In this document: in pieces, positions 45,189-55,286 of the stretch | Layout of the letters: each line of letters opens with the position of its first letter | Numbering within the stretch: position 1 is the first letter of the stretch | Assembly (NCBI GenBank): GCA_947649365.1 | Contig: CANSRH010000008.1 | Span: 1,795-65,794 of the forward strand | DNA from: an uncultured Mycoplasmatota bacterium | GTDB taxonomy: Bacteria > Bacillota_I > Bacilli_A > RF39 > UBA660 | Direction: 5' to 3' | Length of the DNA: 64,000 nt | The notes under the pieces: generated by a model | The model's database searches: none | The model's input: the letters and a program-made list of their open reading frames with translations, nothing else | What the model was told of the DNA's origin: nothing | Made by a program: the position numbers and the translations under genes

Positions 45189-45500
45189 ATGATGAGAAAA
45201 AGAAGTACTAGCAATAAAAAGTTTACTATTTTAAAAGGGGAGAAAATTTTATATTTTCTATTGTTTTTACTAGTGATTGCTGTGCCAATTTCGAATGTTT
45301 TTACGAAAGCTTTATTGTCCGAATCGAATATTGAAGTAGAACAATTAAAAAGTAAAATAGCAAAACAAACGAATCTTAATGAAAGTTTAGGAATGCAAAT
45401 CAATGAACTTGCTTCTTTGGATAAAATACAAGAAGTTGCAAAAGAGGCTGGTTTAACGTATAATAATGATAATATAAAGGTCATTCATGAAAACCATTAA
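45189..45500 (+). CDS. ftsL: cell division protein FtsL
   Basis: Small bitopic protein: K-rich N-terminus, one TM, extracytoplasmic coiled coil. Position between rsmH and the PBP gene. Confidence 0.65.
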   Translation: MMRKRSTSNKKFTILKGEKILYFLLFLLVIAVPISNVFTKALLSESNIEVEQLKSKIAKQTNLNESLGMQINELASLDKIQEVAKEAGLTYNNDNIKVIHENH

Positions 45501-45510
45501 AAGGAGTAAG

Positions 45511-47616
45511 ATGATGAAAAGAAAGAATAGCATTCATTATAATTTAAAGTTAACAATGCTAGGTCTTTCTTTTTTGTTTGTTTTGATTGCAGCAAAACTT
45601 GTTTATGTTGCTGTTTCTAACGATGTGGATGGGACAGATTTACGCGTTTTTGCTGATAATAGAAATACTGCTACGAAAACTCTTTATGCTTCTCGTGGAA
45701 CCATTTATGATAGAAATAACAATATCTTGGCTGTGGATACCAATTCCTATACTGTGATTGCTTATTTGGAACCAAGTCGAACAACGAATGAAACGAATCC
45801 TCAACATGTTTTGGATAAGGAAACTACAGCACGTTTGCTTGCACCTGTTTTGGAGCGAGAGGAAAGTGTTTTGTTGGAACTTTTAAGTCGGGAGAATTTG
45901 TATCAAGTGGAGTTGAAACGTGGCATTACAGAAGCAAAGAAAAATGAGATTATTGCTCTTGATTTGCCTGGGATTGATTTTTTACAGAGTACGAAACGCT
46001 ATTATCCTTATGGGAATTATGCATCTTATCTTTTAGGGTATGCCAAAGCGGATGATGAGGGAGAAATCCAGGGAGAGATGGGTATTGAACAATACTTTAA
46101 TGATACACTAAAAGGAGAGAATGGCTCGATTACTTATCAAAGAGATTTGTATGGGTATCGAATTCCAAATGTCCCTTATACGCAAATTGAAAGTAAGAGT
46201 GGAGCCAATTTGTATTTGACTTTGGATCAGGATATTCAACTTGTTTTAAAAAATGCTATTCATGATTTAACAAGTCACTATAGTTTTGATTGGGCAACTA
46301 TAACTGTGATGGATGCCAAAAGTGGTGCTATTTTAGGAAGTTCTAATAATCCAAGTTTTGATTTGAATACAAGGGAAGATTTGGAGTCCTATTTGAATCC
46401 TTTGGTTTCTTATACTTATGAGCCAGGAAGTGTTATGAAGATTTTTTCGTTTATGGATGCTATTGAAAAGGGAGTTTATAATGGAGAAGAGGTTTTTCGC
46501 TCTGGCTCTATTGAACTGAGTGATGGAACGAAGATTAAAGATTTTAATAATACAGGTTGGGGAGATATAACTTTTGATACAGGGTTTGCTTATTCGAGTA
46601 ATGTTGCTGCTACCAATTTGGCTTTGCGTTTGGGTGCAAAAGAATTACGTGAGTTTTATGAGAATTTGGGCTTTGGTAAAACAACAGGGATTGAACTTCC
46701 AGGAGAGTTGGATGGGAAGATTGCTTTTCAATACGAAAGTGAGCTTGCGACTGCTTCTTTTGGCCAAGGAATTACTGTTACTCCGATTCAAATGCTGCAG
46801 GCTTTGTCTGTTCTTTGTAATGATGGGGTGATGGTGAAGCCTTATTTGGTTTCTAAAATTGTAGATGAGTCTGGTTCTGTTTTAGAAGAGTTTGGAAGAA
46901 CAGAGATTGGACAAGTTGCAAGTAAGGAGACAGTACAAAAGGTAAGAGATTTGATGTATAAAATGATTTATGATGGTTTTTCTTCTAGTCGTGAATTTGC
47001 TCCTTCGAATGTGAGTTTGATAGGAAAGACGGGAACTGCACAAATTGCGAGTCCTAAGGGAGGATATTTGACAGGAGAGTACGATTATATTAAGAGTTTT
47101 GCAGGTGTGTTTCCAAATGATAATCCTCAATATGTTGTTTATATCGCTATTAAAAAGTTTGTCGGAGGTACTAGTGATATTGCTAGGATTGTTAAGGCGG
47201 TAGTGGAGGAAACGGCTAAAGCTATGCATATTGTAGAAACAAAAAGCGATGTGGATGAAAGTAAAATTATTACTCTTAGTTATTTTATTTCTAAGCAAAC
47301 GGAAATTATAGTTGATGATCTTACAAAAAAAGGGTTGGTTCCAGTTGTTTTGGGAGATGGGAAGTACATTGTGAATCAATACCCCTTCCATCAGCAGAAA
47401 GTACTTCAAGGAGCTAAAGTGTTTTTGGTTACGAATTCTGTACAAGTTAAGATGCCTGATGTTTCTGGATATAGTACAAATGAAATTGTGACTCTTTGTA
47501 ATTTACTTGGTGTTCCTTATCAGTTGAATGGCTATGGTAAGGTTGTATCTACTTCTGTTCCAACAGGAGAATTTATTGATAAGACTTCAATTTTAGAAAT
47601 TCATTTAGAGAAGTAA
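45511..47616 (+). CDS. pbpB: class B penicillin-binding protein 2B with two C-terminal PASTA domains
   Basis: Dimerisation domain (RGTIYDRNNNILAV), SVMK (SxxK) and KTGTAQ motifs. Two PASTA-like repeats in the last 130 aa. Confidence 0.85.
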   Translation: MMKRKNSIHYNLKLTMLGLSFLFVLIAAKLVYVAVSNDVDGTDLRVFADNRNTATKTLYASRGTIYDRNNNILAVDTNSYTVIAYLEPSRTTNETNPQHVLDKETTARLLAPVLEREESVLLELLSRENLYQVELKRGITEAKKNEIIALDLPGIDFLQSTKRYYPYGNYASYLLGYAKADDEGEIQGEMGIEQYFNDTLKGENGSITYQRDLYGYRIPNVPYTQIESKSGANLYLTLDQDIQLVLKNAIHDLTSHYSFDWATITVMDAKSGAILGSSNNPSFDLNTREDLESYLNPLVSYTYEPGSVMKIFSFMDAIEKGVYNGEEVFRSGSIELSDGTKIKDFNNTGWGDITFDTGFAYSSNVAATNLALRLGAKELREFYENLGFGKTTGIELPGELDGKIAFQYESELATASFGQGITVTPIQMLQALSVLCNDGVMVKPYLVSKIVDESGSVLEEFGRTEIGQVASKETVQKVRDLMYKMIYDGFSSSREFAPSNVSLIGKTGTAQIASPKGGYLTGEYDYIKSFAGVFPNDNPQYVVYIAIKKFVGGTSDIARIVKAVVEETAKAMHIVETKSDVDESKIITLSYFISKQTEIIVDDLTKKGLVPVVLGDGKYIVNQYPFHQQKVLQGAKVFLVTNSVQVKMPDVSGYSTNEIVTLCNLLGVPYQLNGYGKVVSTSVPTGEFIDKTSILEIHLEK

Positions 47617-47674
47617 TGTTTGCAGTTTTCTAAATATTACGTTATAATACAAACAAAATGAAAGGGGACAATCT

Positions 47675-50134
47675 ATGGAACCTAGACAATACAATGAAAA
47701 AGTTTATAATAAAGACGTTGCTTTATTACGCAATAAAATAAGAGCGTTAGAGGAAGACATTTTGAATGGAAAAATGCAGGTGGAAACACTTGCGGATTTT
47801 AATCGTGTATTGGAAGAAGTAATTGCTATTGAAAGTGAATTTTCATTGATTTATGAAGAGTCGCTTCATCAAAATTATACTTTAGATTTGAATACTTATT
47901 TTTCTTATGAAAGTAGATTTTTACATGAGTTCGTTTATTTTTTAAAAATTTTTGATAATTATCATAAAGCAGCAGGAGAATTATTGATCGATGATGCTAC
48001 TATAAAACAAGAATGGAAAGATATTATTACTATAATTCGCTTTAATAAAACAGAAATGCTTTTAGAAAAGTGGGGAGTTTTTTTGTATGATAAAGATTGT
48101 GAAAATGAAAAGGAATATCTTGCTTCTTTTATGAAAGATTTGCAGGTAGGTCTAGATGTTAGTGAAGATAATTTCCAGAATAAGTGGCAAGACATGGTTT
48201 TGATTGAAGCTTTTAAAAAGTTGGATGATGAAATATCAAAAATTGATAAAGTTCGAAATGGCGATGAGTATGATCGTTTAGTTCCTTTGTATAATGAATT
48301 AAATAAAGAAATAGATTCTAAACTATTGCCAAGATTGAAAATAATTATCTCCAATACTAATTTTGGGAATAAAGAAAGATATAAAGGGAATATTGGAGCT
48401 ATTTGTCAACAAATTTCGCAAAAAAATTGTTCTGCTACTATGGAGAGTGTTAATCGAATTTTGGATGCAGAGGAGAATCCAGCTTATTATCAAAGGATGC
48501 GATCTAAAGAATTTCAAGAACAAAGAAAAAAAGATGTTATATTGGATAGAAATTTTATGAAACAATTAACGCTTTCTAGTCAAATTAAATATATTCGTTT
48601 GGTTTTACAAAATATCATATCTATTGAATTAGAAGACGAAGAAGAGGTAGCTCATGTTTTTATTGATGGAAAAGAGTATTCCTATCCAAAACGTTATCAA
48701 TATAGAGTGGAGAATTATTTGGTAGATTTAAAACAATTAGAAAGAAGACAAGAAAAAGCTACGATTTTAGAAGAAAGTAATTCTGTTTCAGAAGAAAAAG
48801 CTACGATTTTAGAAAAAAGTAATTCAATTTTAGAAGAAAAAGATCAAATTATTGCTGAACGATATGCTGAACTTCAATTAGAAATGGATAAAATTATTGC
48901 TTCTATGCGATTTTTGGAAGAGAAAGGAAATTCTTATTTAAATAAAGACAAGGTCGTTTCAGGGATTGTCAATGGAGAAAAAATCTCTGTTTTAAAAAAG
49001 GATTATGAAGAATATCAAACTTTGTTTCAAAAAGCTAAATCTATAAAGGCTACTCTTATTGAGATTGAAACAAAAAATCATTATTATGAAGATGAAAAAG
49101 ATTTAGGAAGTGAAAAGAAACAAATAGAATTTTGGCATAGAAGAAAATGTGAAATTCAAAAAGGAAAAAAGAGTGCTTTTCTTGCAAATGCGATTCTCTT
49201 AATAAATCGTTTAAATATTCCAAAGAAATTTCAAGCTTTGTATACAACTATTTTGTATGATACAGAATCATTTATAAGCTCTAAAAAATATACCAATTCT
49301 ACCAAACGAAAAGGATTGAATAATCTTTGTTCGTTATTAAATCGTTTACAAGATAAAAATTATCGAAATGAAAAATTTGTTGAGTTTGTAGAAAATTCCA
49401 AATTAAAAATGTTGTCTAGTTTGGCTATGATGCCTGTAAAAGAGACAGAAACGTTTGTTATTCGTAAAGTGAAAAAGAGTTCTTCCAAACCATGGAAAAA
49501 AGTTGTTGTTGTTTCTGCTTTAAGCTCTTTGATAGGATTAGGCGCGTTATTTGCGCTATCTAATAAAAAAATGGATGTCAAGAATTTTTTCGTTGCTAAT
49601 CAACATTCCACTCTTCCTTCTTTAGAGACAAGAATTGAAGAGAATGTCGTAGCTTCTAAGATGGAAATGTTAGCGGATAAGATTATTCAATACCAAAAAG
49701 AACATCCAGATTGGGAAATGACTTTTGAAAAAGAGCAAAATACACCTTCTATTATGTCTTCTGTTAGAACGACGGTAGAACAGCAAGAGACATTGGATAA
49801 AGTAGAGGGCGCAGAAAAGGTTAATATGTATGATTTGGTTTATCTTAAACCTGATAGTAGAGTTTTTGCAACACGTGGAGCTATGGAAAGTGAAGCATGT
49901 AGTGCTGATATTACTGTTCCTTATCAAGTGACTGGAGTGCAGTATCAGAATGGTGCTTGGATTAGTGCTGAGAGTAAAGAGTATGATGCCTCTTCCATGT
50001 GTCGGGCATGTAATGCACAAGAAAACTATTCTCAAGTTAGAGTTAGACTTGTTAATCCTACAACGGGAGCTTATATCGGTTTTGTTGGTTTGGATTCTAT
50101 TGTTGCTCAAAATGAATTAGGGAAAGGAAGGTAA
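47675..50134 (+). CDS. large hypothetical bitopic coiled-coil protein (819 aa) with internal tandem repeat
   Basis: A roughly 600-aa cytoplasmic coiled-coil region, TM (VVVVSALSSLIGLGALFAL), and a roughly 190-aa C-terminal extracytoplasmic domain with Cys residues. A 14-aa unit EEKATILE(E/K)SNS is tandemly repeated at nt 48757-48840. Confidence 0.5.
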   Translation: MEPRQYNEKVYNKDVALLRNKIRALEEDILNGKMQVETLADFNRVLEEVIAIESEFSLIYEESLHQNYTLDLNTYFSYESRFLHEFVYFLKIFDNYHKAAGELLIDDATIKQEWKDIITIIRFNKTEMLLEKWGVFLYDKDCENEKEYLASFMKDLQVGLDVSEDNFQNKWQDMVLIEAFKKLDDEISKIDKVRNGDEYDRLVPLYNELNKEIDSKLLPRLKIIISNTNFGNKERYKGNIGAICQQISQKNCSATMESVNRILDAEENPAYYQRMRSKEFQEQRKKDVILDRNFMKQLTLSSQIKYIRLVLQNIISIELEDEEEVAHVFIDGKEYSYPKRYQYRVENYLVDLKQLERRQEKATILEESNSVSEEKATILEKSNSILEEKDQIIAERYAELQLEMDKIIASMRFLEEKGNSYLNKDKVVSGIVNGEKISVLKKDYEEYQTLFQKAKSIKATLIEIETKNHYYEDEKDLGSEKKQIEFWHRRKCEIQKGKKSAFLANAILLINRLNIPKKFQALYTTILYDTESFISSKKYTNSTKRKGLNNLCSLLNRLQDKNYRNEKFVEFVENSKLKMLSSLAMMPVKETETFVIRKVKKSSSKPWKKVVVVSALSSLIGLGALFALSNKKMDVKNFFVANQHSTLPSLETRIEENVVASKMEMLADKIIQYQKEHPDWEMTFEKEQNTPSIMSSVRTTVEQQETLDKVEGAEKVNMYDLVYLKPDSRVFATRGAMESEACSADITVPYQVTGVQYQNGAWISAESKEYDASSMCRACNAQENYSQVRVRLVNPTTGAYIGFVGLDSIVAQNELGKGR

Positions 50135-50137
50135 GAA

Positions 50138-50446
50138 ATGAATCCTATTGAATTGTATGATATTTTAACAATTGGTGGAAAAGACGGTGATAAAGAGTAT
50201 ACTGTTGCAAATATGATTGAACACAATCATGCCACCTATTTGTATTTGATTGAAGTGGATGCAGATGAAAATTTGATTGAAAGCAATCAAATGATTGTAC
50301 GAAGAGTTTTAAAAGATGGAGAAGAAGCGGTTGAAGTTGTTACAGATGAAAAAGAAAAACAAGAAGTAGCTCGTTTGTTCTTCCGATTGTTTAAAGATCA
50401 GATGGATGAAATGAATAAAGAAGAAACTACTGGTACAGAAAACTAG
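50138..50446 (+). CDS. DUF1292 (YrzB-like) family protein, second paralog
   Basis: IELYDILTIGGKDGDKEYTVANMIEHNHATYLYL..DENLIE pattern, same family as 34857-35099. Confidence 0.45.
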   Translation: MNPIELYDILTIGGKDGDKEYTVANMIEHNHATYLYLIEVDADENLIESNQMIVRRVLKDGEEAVEVVTDEKEKQEVARLFFRLFKDQMDEMNKEETTGTEN

Positions 50447-50650
50447 TAGTTTTTTTGTATATTCTTTTTTGTTTTTTATCATAATTATATAGCTATTGAA
50501 TTTGCAAAAATTCTTCTTTTTATGGGGGAATGTCGATTTTTGTAGACTTTTGCGAAATTTGTGTTACAATAGTAGGCAATTTAATGGATATGTAGTATAA
50601 TGGACTTATGATTAGGGTTATTTTGAAATAGTAATTTTGGAGGAATGGTT

Positions 50651-51328
50651 ATGAATTCAGAAAGTGTGATATTAAGAGAAAGAGTAGAATCTTCAGTTAG
50701 TTTACGCAAAGAATTTTATTTCTTTTTGAAAAGGGCTATTGATATTTTTGTGGGTTTTTTTGGAATTCTTCTGTTGTTTCCCCTTGCTTTTATTATAAAA
50801 GCAGTCTCTATTTACAATAGAGACTATAAAAGTATTTTCTTTAAACAAAAAAGAATTGGACTCAATGGAAAATTATTTACTATGTACAAATTTAGAACAA
50901 TGGTCCCAAATGCAGATGAAATGTTAGTGGAGTTAATGCGTACAGATGCACAATTTCGAAATGAATATTTTGTAAATAAGAAAGTGAAGAATGATCCTAG
51001 AATTACAAAAGTAGGTATGTTTTTAAGGAAAACGTCTTTGGATGAAATTCCCCAATTTATTAATGTATTTTTAGGACAAATGAGTTTAGTAGGGAATCGT
51101 CCTTATTTACCACGTGAAAAAGAGGATATGGGAGAATTTTATAAAGGAATTATTTCAAGTAAACCTGGAATTACTGGCTTATGGCAGACGAGTGGTAGAA
51201 GCAAATTAACATTTTATGATCGTTTAGTAATTGAAAAAAAATATAGTAAAATTCAAAGCTTGAAATTGGATTTAGAGATTGTGTGTAAAACCATTGCACA
51301 AGTCTTTAAAAAAGATGGGGCAGAGTAA
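50651..51328 (+). CDS. undecaprenyl-phosphate sugar phosphotransferase (bacterial sugar transferase family, short form)
   Basis: One N-terminal TM, then KRIGLNGKLFTMYKFRTM...DEIPQFINVFLGQMSLVGNRP, the initiating-transferase catalytic motif. ATG at 50651 after GGAGG. Confidence 0.8.
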   Translation: MNSESVILRERVESSVSLRKEFYFFLKRAIDIFVGFFGILLLFPLAFIIKAVSIYNRDYKSIFFKQKRIGLNGKLFTMYKFRTMVPNADEMLVELMRTDAQFRNEYFVNKKVKNDPRITKVGMFLRKTSLDEIPQFINVFLGQMSLVGNRPYLPREKEDMGEFYKGIISSKPGITGLWQTSGRSKLTFYDRLVIEKKYSKIQSLKLDLEIVCKTIAQVFKKDGAE

Positions 51329-51404
51329 AAGGGGTACTAAAAACAAGAAGACTATATACATAGATGTGCCATGTATATAGTTTTTTTAACTAGGTGGTGA
51401 AAAT

Positions 51405-52652
51405 ATGGAAAAAAAGCGAATGTTGGTTTATGCAAATTACTTTTATCCAGAAGTAGCATCTACTGCACAAATTTTAACAGAATTGTGTCAGGGGTTACAA
51501 AACGATTATCAAATTACAGTGATTTGTGCTGTACCATGTTATACTGGTCAAATTGATAAATCATATAAAAATGCAAACTACTTTTTTGAAAAATTAGAAA
51601 CGATTGATATTATACGAGTAAGAGTAAAAGAGTTTGATAAGAAAAAGAAATTGAGTCGAATCTTTCATATTTTGAGTTATTTTTTTCGTTCTATTTTTGC
51701 CACTTTTAAAGTGGGCAAACAAGATATTGTCTTTACAATTTCTCAACCGCCTATTTTAGGAGGGATTTTAGGAAATATAGGAAGAATTTTGACTAAAGGG
51801 AAGCTTGTTTATACGATTCAAGATTTTAATCCAGAGCAAATTATGGCAATTTCCTATTCTAAGAATCAATTGTTGTTACAATTGCTGCTGCTTTTGGATA
51901 AACATACTTGTAAAAAAGCCAGTTTGGTTATTACCGTTGGAAGAGATATGCAAGAAACTTTGAAGCAACGTTTTCGAAAACAAGTTGTTCCTCCTAATGT
52001 TGTGATTAATAATTGGATGAATGAAAAGGAAGTTTATCCTCTTAGAAAAACGGACGAACAAGTTCAACAATTTAAAAAGAAATATGGGTTAGAAAATAAA
52101 TTTGTTATTATGTATTCAGGGAATATTGGCCTTTATTATGATCTTGAAAATTTAATAAAAGTCATTGCAACATTTAAAGAAGAAAAAGATGTTTGTTTTG
52201 CGTTTGTTGGAGATGGGAATACAAAAGATGATTTGATTCGATATTGTAAGGAAAATTTTTTAGAAAATGTTGTTTTTATTCCTTATCAAGAAAAAAAGAA
52301 TTTAGTTTATAGCTTGAATGCTGCAGATGTTCATTTGGTTACGAATGCTAAAGGAATCAAAGGGGTGTCTGTGCCTAGTAAAATTTATGGTTGTATGGCA
52401 ACAAATGTCCCAGTATTTGGAATTTTAGAAAAAGAAAGCGAAGCTTGGAATTTGATTACTGATTCTAATTGCGGAATTGTTGTTGAGACTGCTAACTACG
52501 AAGAAATCAGAAAAAGTATGTTTGAAATAATCAAAGAAAAAGAAAAATTTGTAAAACAACATGAAACGGGAAGAGTTTATTTGGAAAAGAATTTTACGAA
52601 AGATAAGTCCATTGCAAAATATTATGAAGAAATAGAAAAGGCGATAAAGTAG
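51405..52652 (+). CDS. glycosyltransferase family 4
   Basis: GT-B fold with a C-terminal donor-binding region. WbuB/WcaI-like architecture. Confidence 0.65.
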   Translation: MEKKRMLVYANYFYPEVASTAQILTELCQGLQNDYQITVICAVPCYTGQIDKSYKNANYFFEKLETIDIIRVRVKEFDKKKKLSRIFHILSYFFRSIFATFKVGKQDIVFTISQPPILGGILGNIGRILTKGKLVYTIQDFNPEQIMAISYSKNQLLLQLLLLLDKHTCKKASLVITVGRDMQETLKQRFRKQVVPPNVVINNWMNEKEVYPLRKTDEQVQQFKKKYGLENKFVIMYSGNIGLYYDLENLIKVIATFKEEKDVCFAFVGDGNTKDDLIRYCKENFLENVVFIPYQEKKNLVYSLNAADVHLVTNAKGIKGVSVPSKIYGCMATNVPVFGILEKESEAWNLITDSNCGIVVETANYEEIRKSMFEIIKEKEKFVKQHETGRVYLEKNFTKDKSIAKYYEEIEKAIK

Positions 52653-52662
52653 GTGATAAATA

Positions 52663-53205
52663 GTGGGAAATCTTTATAAAGTTATTTTATATCTTCAAAA
52701 GGTTCGTTATGGTAAGAAATTAAAAATGAAAGGGATTCCAGTGATTATAAATAAAGGGATAATGGAAATTGGAGAGAATGTTACTATAAAATCTTCTTTT
52801 TTATCCAATTTAATTGGTTTGTATCAAAGAACAATTTTATGTGCAAGAACATGTAAGGCAAAAATAATCATTGGAAATCATGTAGGCATTTCTGGTGCAA
52901 CTTTGTATGCTAGAGAAAAAATAGAAATCGGAGATCATACATTTATTGGTGCGAATACAAAAATCATGGATAATGATTTTCATCCTCTAGATATTGAAGC
53001 AAGAAACAAAGATGACAAGGATAGTATACAAACCAAACCTATTATTATAGGAAAAAATTGTTTTATTGGTTGTAATTCGATTATTTTGAAAGGTACAAAA
53101 TTAGGAGATGGTTGTATTGTCGGTGCAGGTTCTGTTGTAAGCGGAATATTTGAAGACAATAGTACGATTGTTGGCAATCCTGGGAAAGTAATAAAGAAGG
53201 GATAA
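52663..53205 (+). CDS. hexapeptide-repeat (LbH) acetyltransferase (WbbJ/WcaF-like sugar O-acetyltransferase)
   Basis: Repeating [LIV]G-x4 hexapeptides (IGNHVGISGATL, IGDHTFIGANTKI, IGKNCFIGCNSIIL, GDGCIVGAGSVV). Confidence 0.75.
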   Translation: MGNLYKVILYLQKVRYGKKLKMKGIPVIINKGIMEIGENVTIKSSFLSNLIGLYQRTILCARTCKAKIIIGNHVGISGATLYAREKIEIGDHTFIGANTKIMDNDFHPLDIEARNKDDKDSIQTKPIIIGKNCFIGCNSIILKGTKLGDGCIVGAGSVVSGIFEDNSTIVGNPGKVIKKG

Positions 53206-53208
53206 ATT

Positions 53209-54105
53209 ATGTTAGATTTGACAGTAATTATTTTGACAAAAAATGAAGAGAAAAATATTGAAAAGTGTGTTTCATCTTTTAAAGGAATAGTGAAAAGATT
53301 TGTAATTGTTGATAGTTATAGTGACGATCATACCAAAAAGATATGTTTCCGTTTAAATGAAGAATTAAGTAAGAATGGTTCAAAGTTAGATTTTTATGAA
53401 AATCCATGGGTTGATTATGCCACTCAATTCAATTGGGCAATTGAAAATACAAAAATCGATACCACTTGGACTATGCGTATGGATGCAGATGAAGAACTAC
53501 TTCCTCTACTTGCTCATGAGGTTTCTGAAAAACTAAACGCTATTTCTCATGAAGTCAATGGAATTGTTTTGAAAAGAAGATTGGTATTTATGGGAAAATG
53601 GATAAGACACGGAGGAAGATATCCAGAACTGCTTTTACGTATATGGCGTACTGGATTTGGTAAATGCGAGCAAAAAGTGATGGATGAACATATTGTTCTT
53701 TCAGAAGGGAAAACGATTACATTTATAAATGACTTGCAAGATAATAATCAAAAGGATTTAAATTGGTGGATTCATAAACATAATTGGTATAGTAATAGAG
53801 AGGTTTTGGATCATCAGTTGACTTTAGAAAAAAAATCGGAAGACCTTTTATGGAATACATCAAAACAAGCTTCTAGAAAAAGGAAAATAAAAAATAAAAG
53901 ATATTATAAGCTTCCTAAGTTTTTTAGAGCACATCTTTATTTTATTTATCGATATTATATCCGATTGGGTTTTTTAGATGGAAAAGAAGGAAAGATATTT
54001 CACTTTCTTCAAGCTTATTGGTATCGTTTTTTAGTAGATTCTAAATTGTATGAATGTGAAAAAAATGGGACAATGATGGAAAAACAAGGAGATTTGAAAA
54101 GTTAG
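53209..54105 (+). CDS. glycosyltransferase family 2
   Basis: N-terminal VIILTKNEEKNIEKCV and DxD-containing GT-A fold (RMDADEE). Confidence 0.7.
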   Translation: MLDLTVIILTKNEEKNIEKCVSSFKGIVKRFVIVDSYSDDHTKKICFRLNEELSKNGSKLDFYENPWVDYATQFNWAIENTKIDTTWTMRMDADEELLPLLAHEVSEKLNAISHEVNGIVLKRRLVFMGKWIRHGGRYPELLLRIWRTGFGKCEQKVMDEHIVLSEGKTITFINDLQDNNQKDLNWWIHKHNWYSNREVLDHQLTLEKKSEDLLWNTSKQASRKRKIKNKRYYKLPKFFRAHLYFIYRYYIRLGFLDGKEGKIFHFLQAYWYRFLVDSKLYECEKNGTMMEKQGDLKS

Positions 54106-54116
54106 GAGTGATATAT

Positions 54117-55286
54117 GTGAAGGTAGTACATATATGTTTAGGGAATTTTTATATTGATAATTATTCTTATCAAGAAAATATGTTACCAAAATATCATAAA
54201 AAGTTAGGCTATGATGTTGAAATAATAGCCTCGTTAATGAGTTTTGATAAAAATGGAAAACGATCTTTTTTAGAAACTGAAAAGGTTTATGAAAATGAAA
54301 ATGGAATCAAAGTTACAAGATTGGAATACAAAAAACCTCAATTGATTTTTAAAAAGTTAAAAAGATATGTTGGTACTTATAAAATTCTAAAAGAATCGAA
54401 ACCAGATATTCTTTTTATTCATGGATGTCAATTTTTAGATATGTCCATTATTGTAAAGTATTTAAAAAAATATCCGATTGAAAAAGTATATGTAGATAAT
54501 CATGCAGATTTTTCAAATAGTGCTACCAATTTTTTATCTAAAAATATTTTACATAAAATTTTTTGGAAACACACTGCTCAAATAATAGAACCTTATACTC
54601 AAAAATTCTTTGGTGTTTTGCCTGCAAGAGTAGAATTTCTTCAAAATATTTATAAAGTACCTACTAATAAATGTGAGCTATTAATTATGGGAGCAAATGA
54701 TGAGCTTATTGAAAAATATTGTAATGAGAAAAGTCGTGAAACTTTTAGAAATCTTTTAGGAATTAAGAAAAATGATTTTGTAATTGTGACTGGTGGAAAA
54801 ATAGATAAATCTAAAAAGCAAACATTATTTTTAATGAAAGCAATAAGAAACATGAATGCTACCAATATAAAATTGTTTATTTTTGGATCTATTGCAGTAG
54901 AGATAAAAAAAGAATTTGAAAACTTATGTTGTGAAAATATTAAATATATAGGATGGGCAAATGAAGAAGAGTCCTATAAAAATTTTTCTATAGCGGATTT
55001 GGTAGTTTTTCCAGGTCGACATTCTGTTTATTGGGAGCAGGTTGTAGCTATGGGTATACCAATGATTTGCAAGTTTTGGGAAGGAACGACTCATGTGGAT
55101 ATTGGTGGGAATGTAAAGTTTTTGAATGAAGATAGTGAAAAAGAAATTAAAAGGAATTTAGAAGAGATTATTTATAATCCAGAAGTTTATGAAAATATGT
55201 GTAAAAACGCCACAAAAAAAGAAAAAAATACTTTTTTATATAGTTATATAGCTAAAAAAAGTATTGGAGAAATAACAAATGATTAA
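54117..55286 (+). CDS. glycosyltransferase (GT-B, GT4-like)
   Basis: Probable GTG start at 54117, 8 nt after AGGAG. C-terminal VVFPGRHSVYWEQVVAMGIPMI resembles the GT4 E-x7-E region. Confidence 0.5.
   Translation: MKVVHICLGNFYIDNYSYQENMLPKYHKKLGYDVEIIASLMSFDKNGKRSFLETEKVYENENGIKVTRLEYKKPQLIFKKLKRYVGTYKILKESKPDILFIHGCQFLDMSIIVKYLKKYPIEKVYVDNHADFSNSATNFLSKNILHKIFWKHTAQIIEPYTQKFFGVLPARVEFLQNIYKVPTNKCELLIMGANDELIEKYCNEKSRETFRNLLGIKKNDFVIVTGGKIDKSKKQTLFLMKAIRNMNATNIKLFIFGSIAVEIKKEFENLCCENIKYIGWANEEESYKNFSIADLVVFPGRHSVYWEQVVAMGIPMICKFWEGTTHVDIGGNVKFLNEDSEKEIKRNLEEIIYNPEVYENMCKNATKKEKNTFLYSYIAKKSIGEITND

Noticed and set aside
48757-48840. Tandem repeat considered as a possible CRISPR-like or minisatellite array
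   Set aside because: Only two units. It is in frame inside a long ORF and encodes a duplicated peptide (EEKATILE.SNS). No spacer-repeat architecture occurs anywhere in the window.
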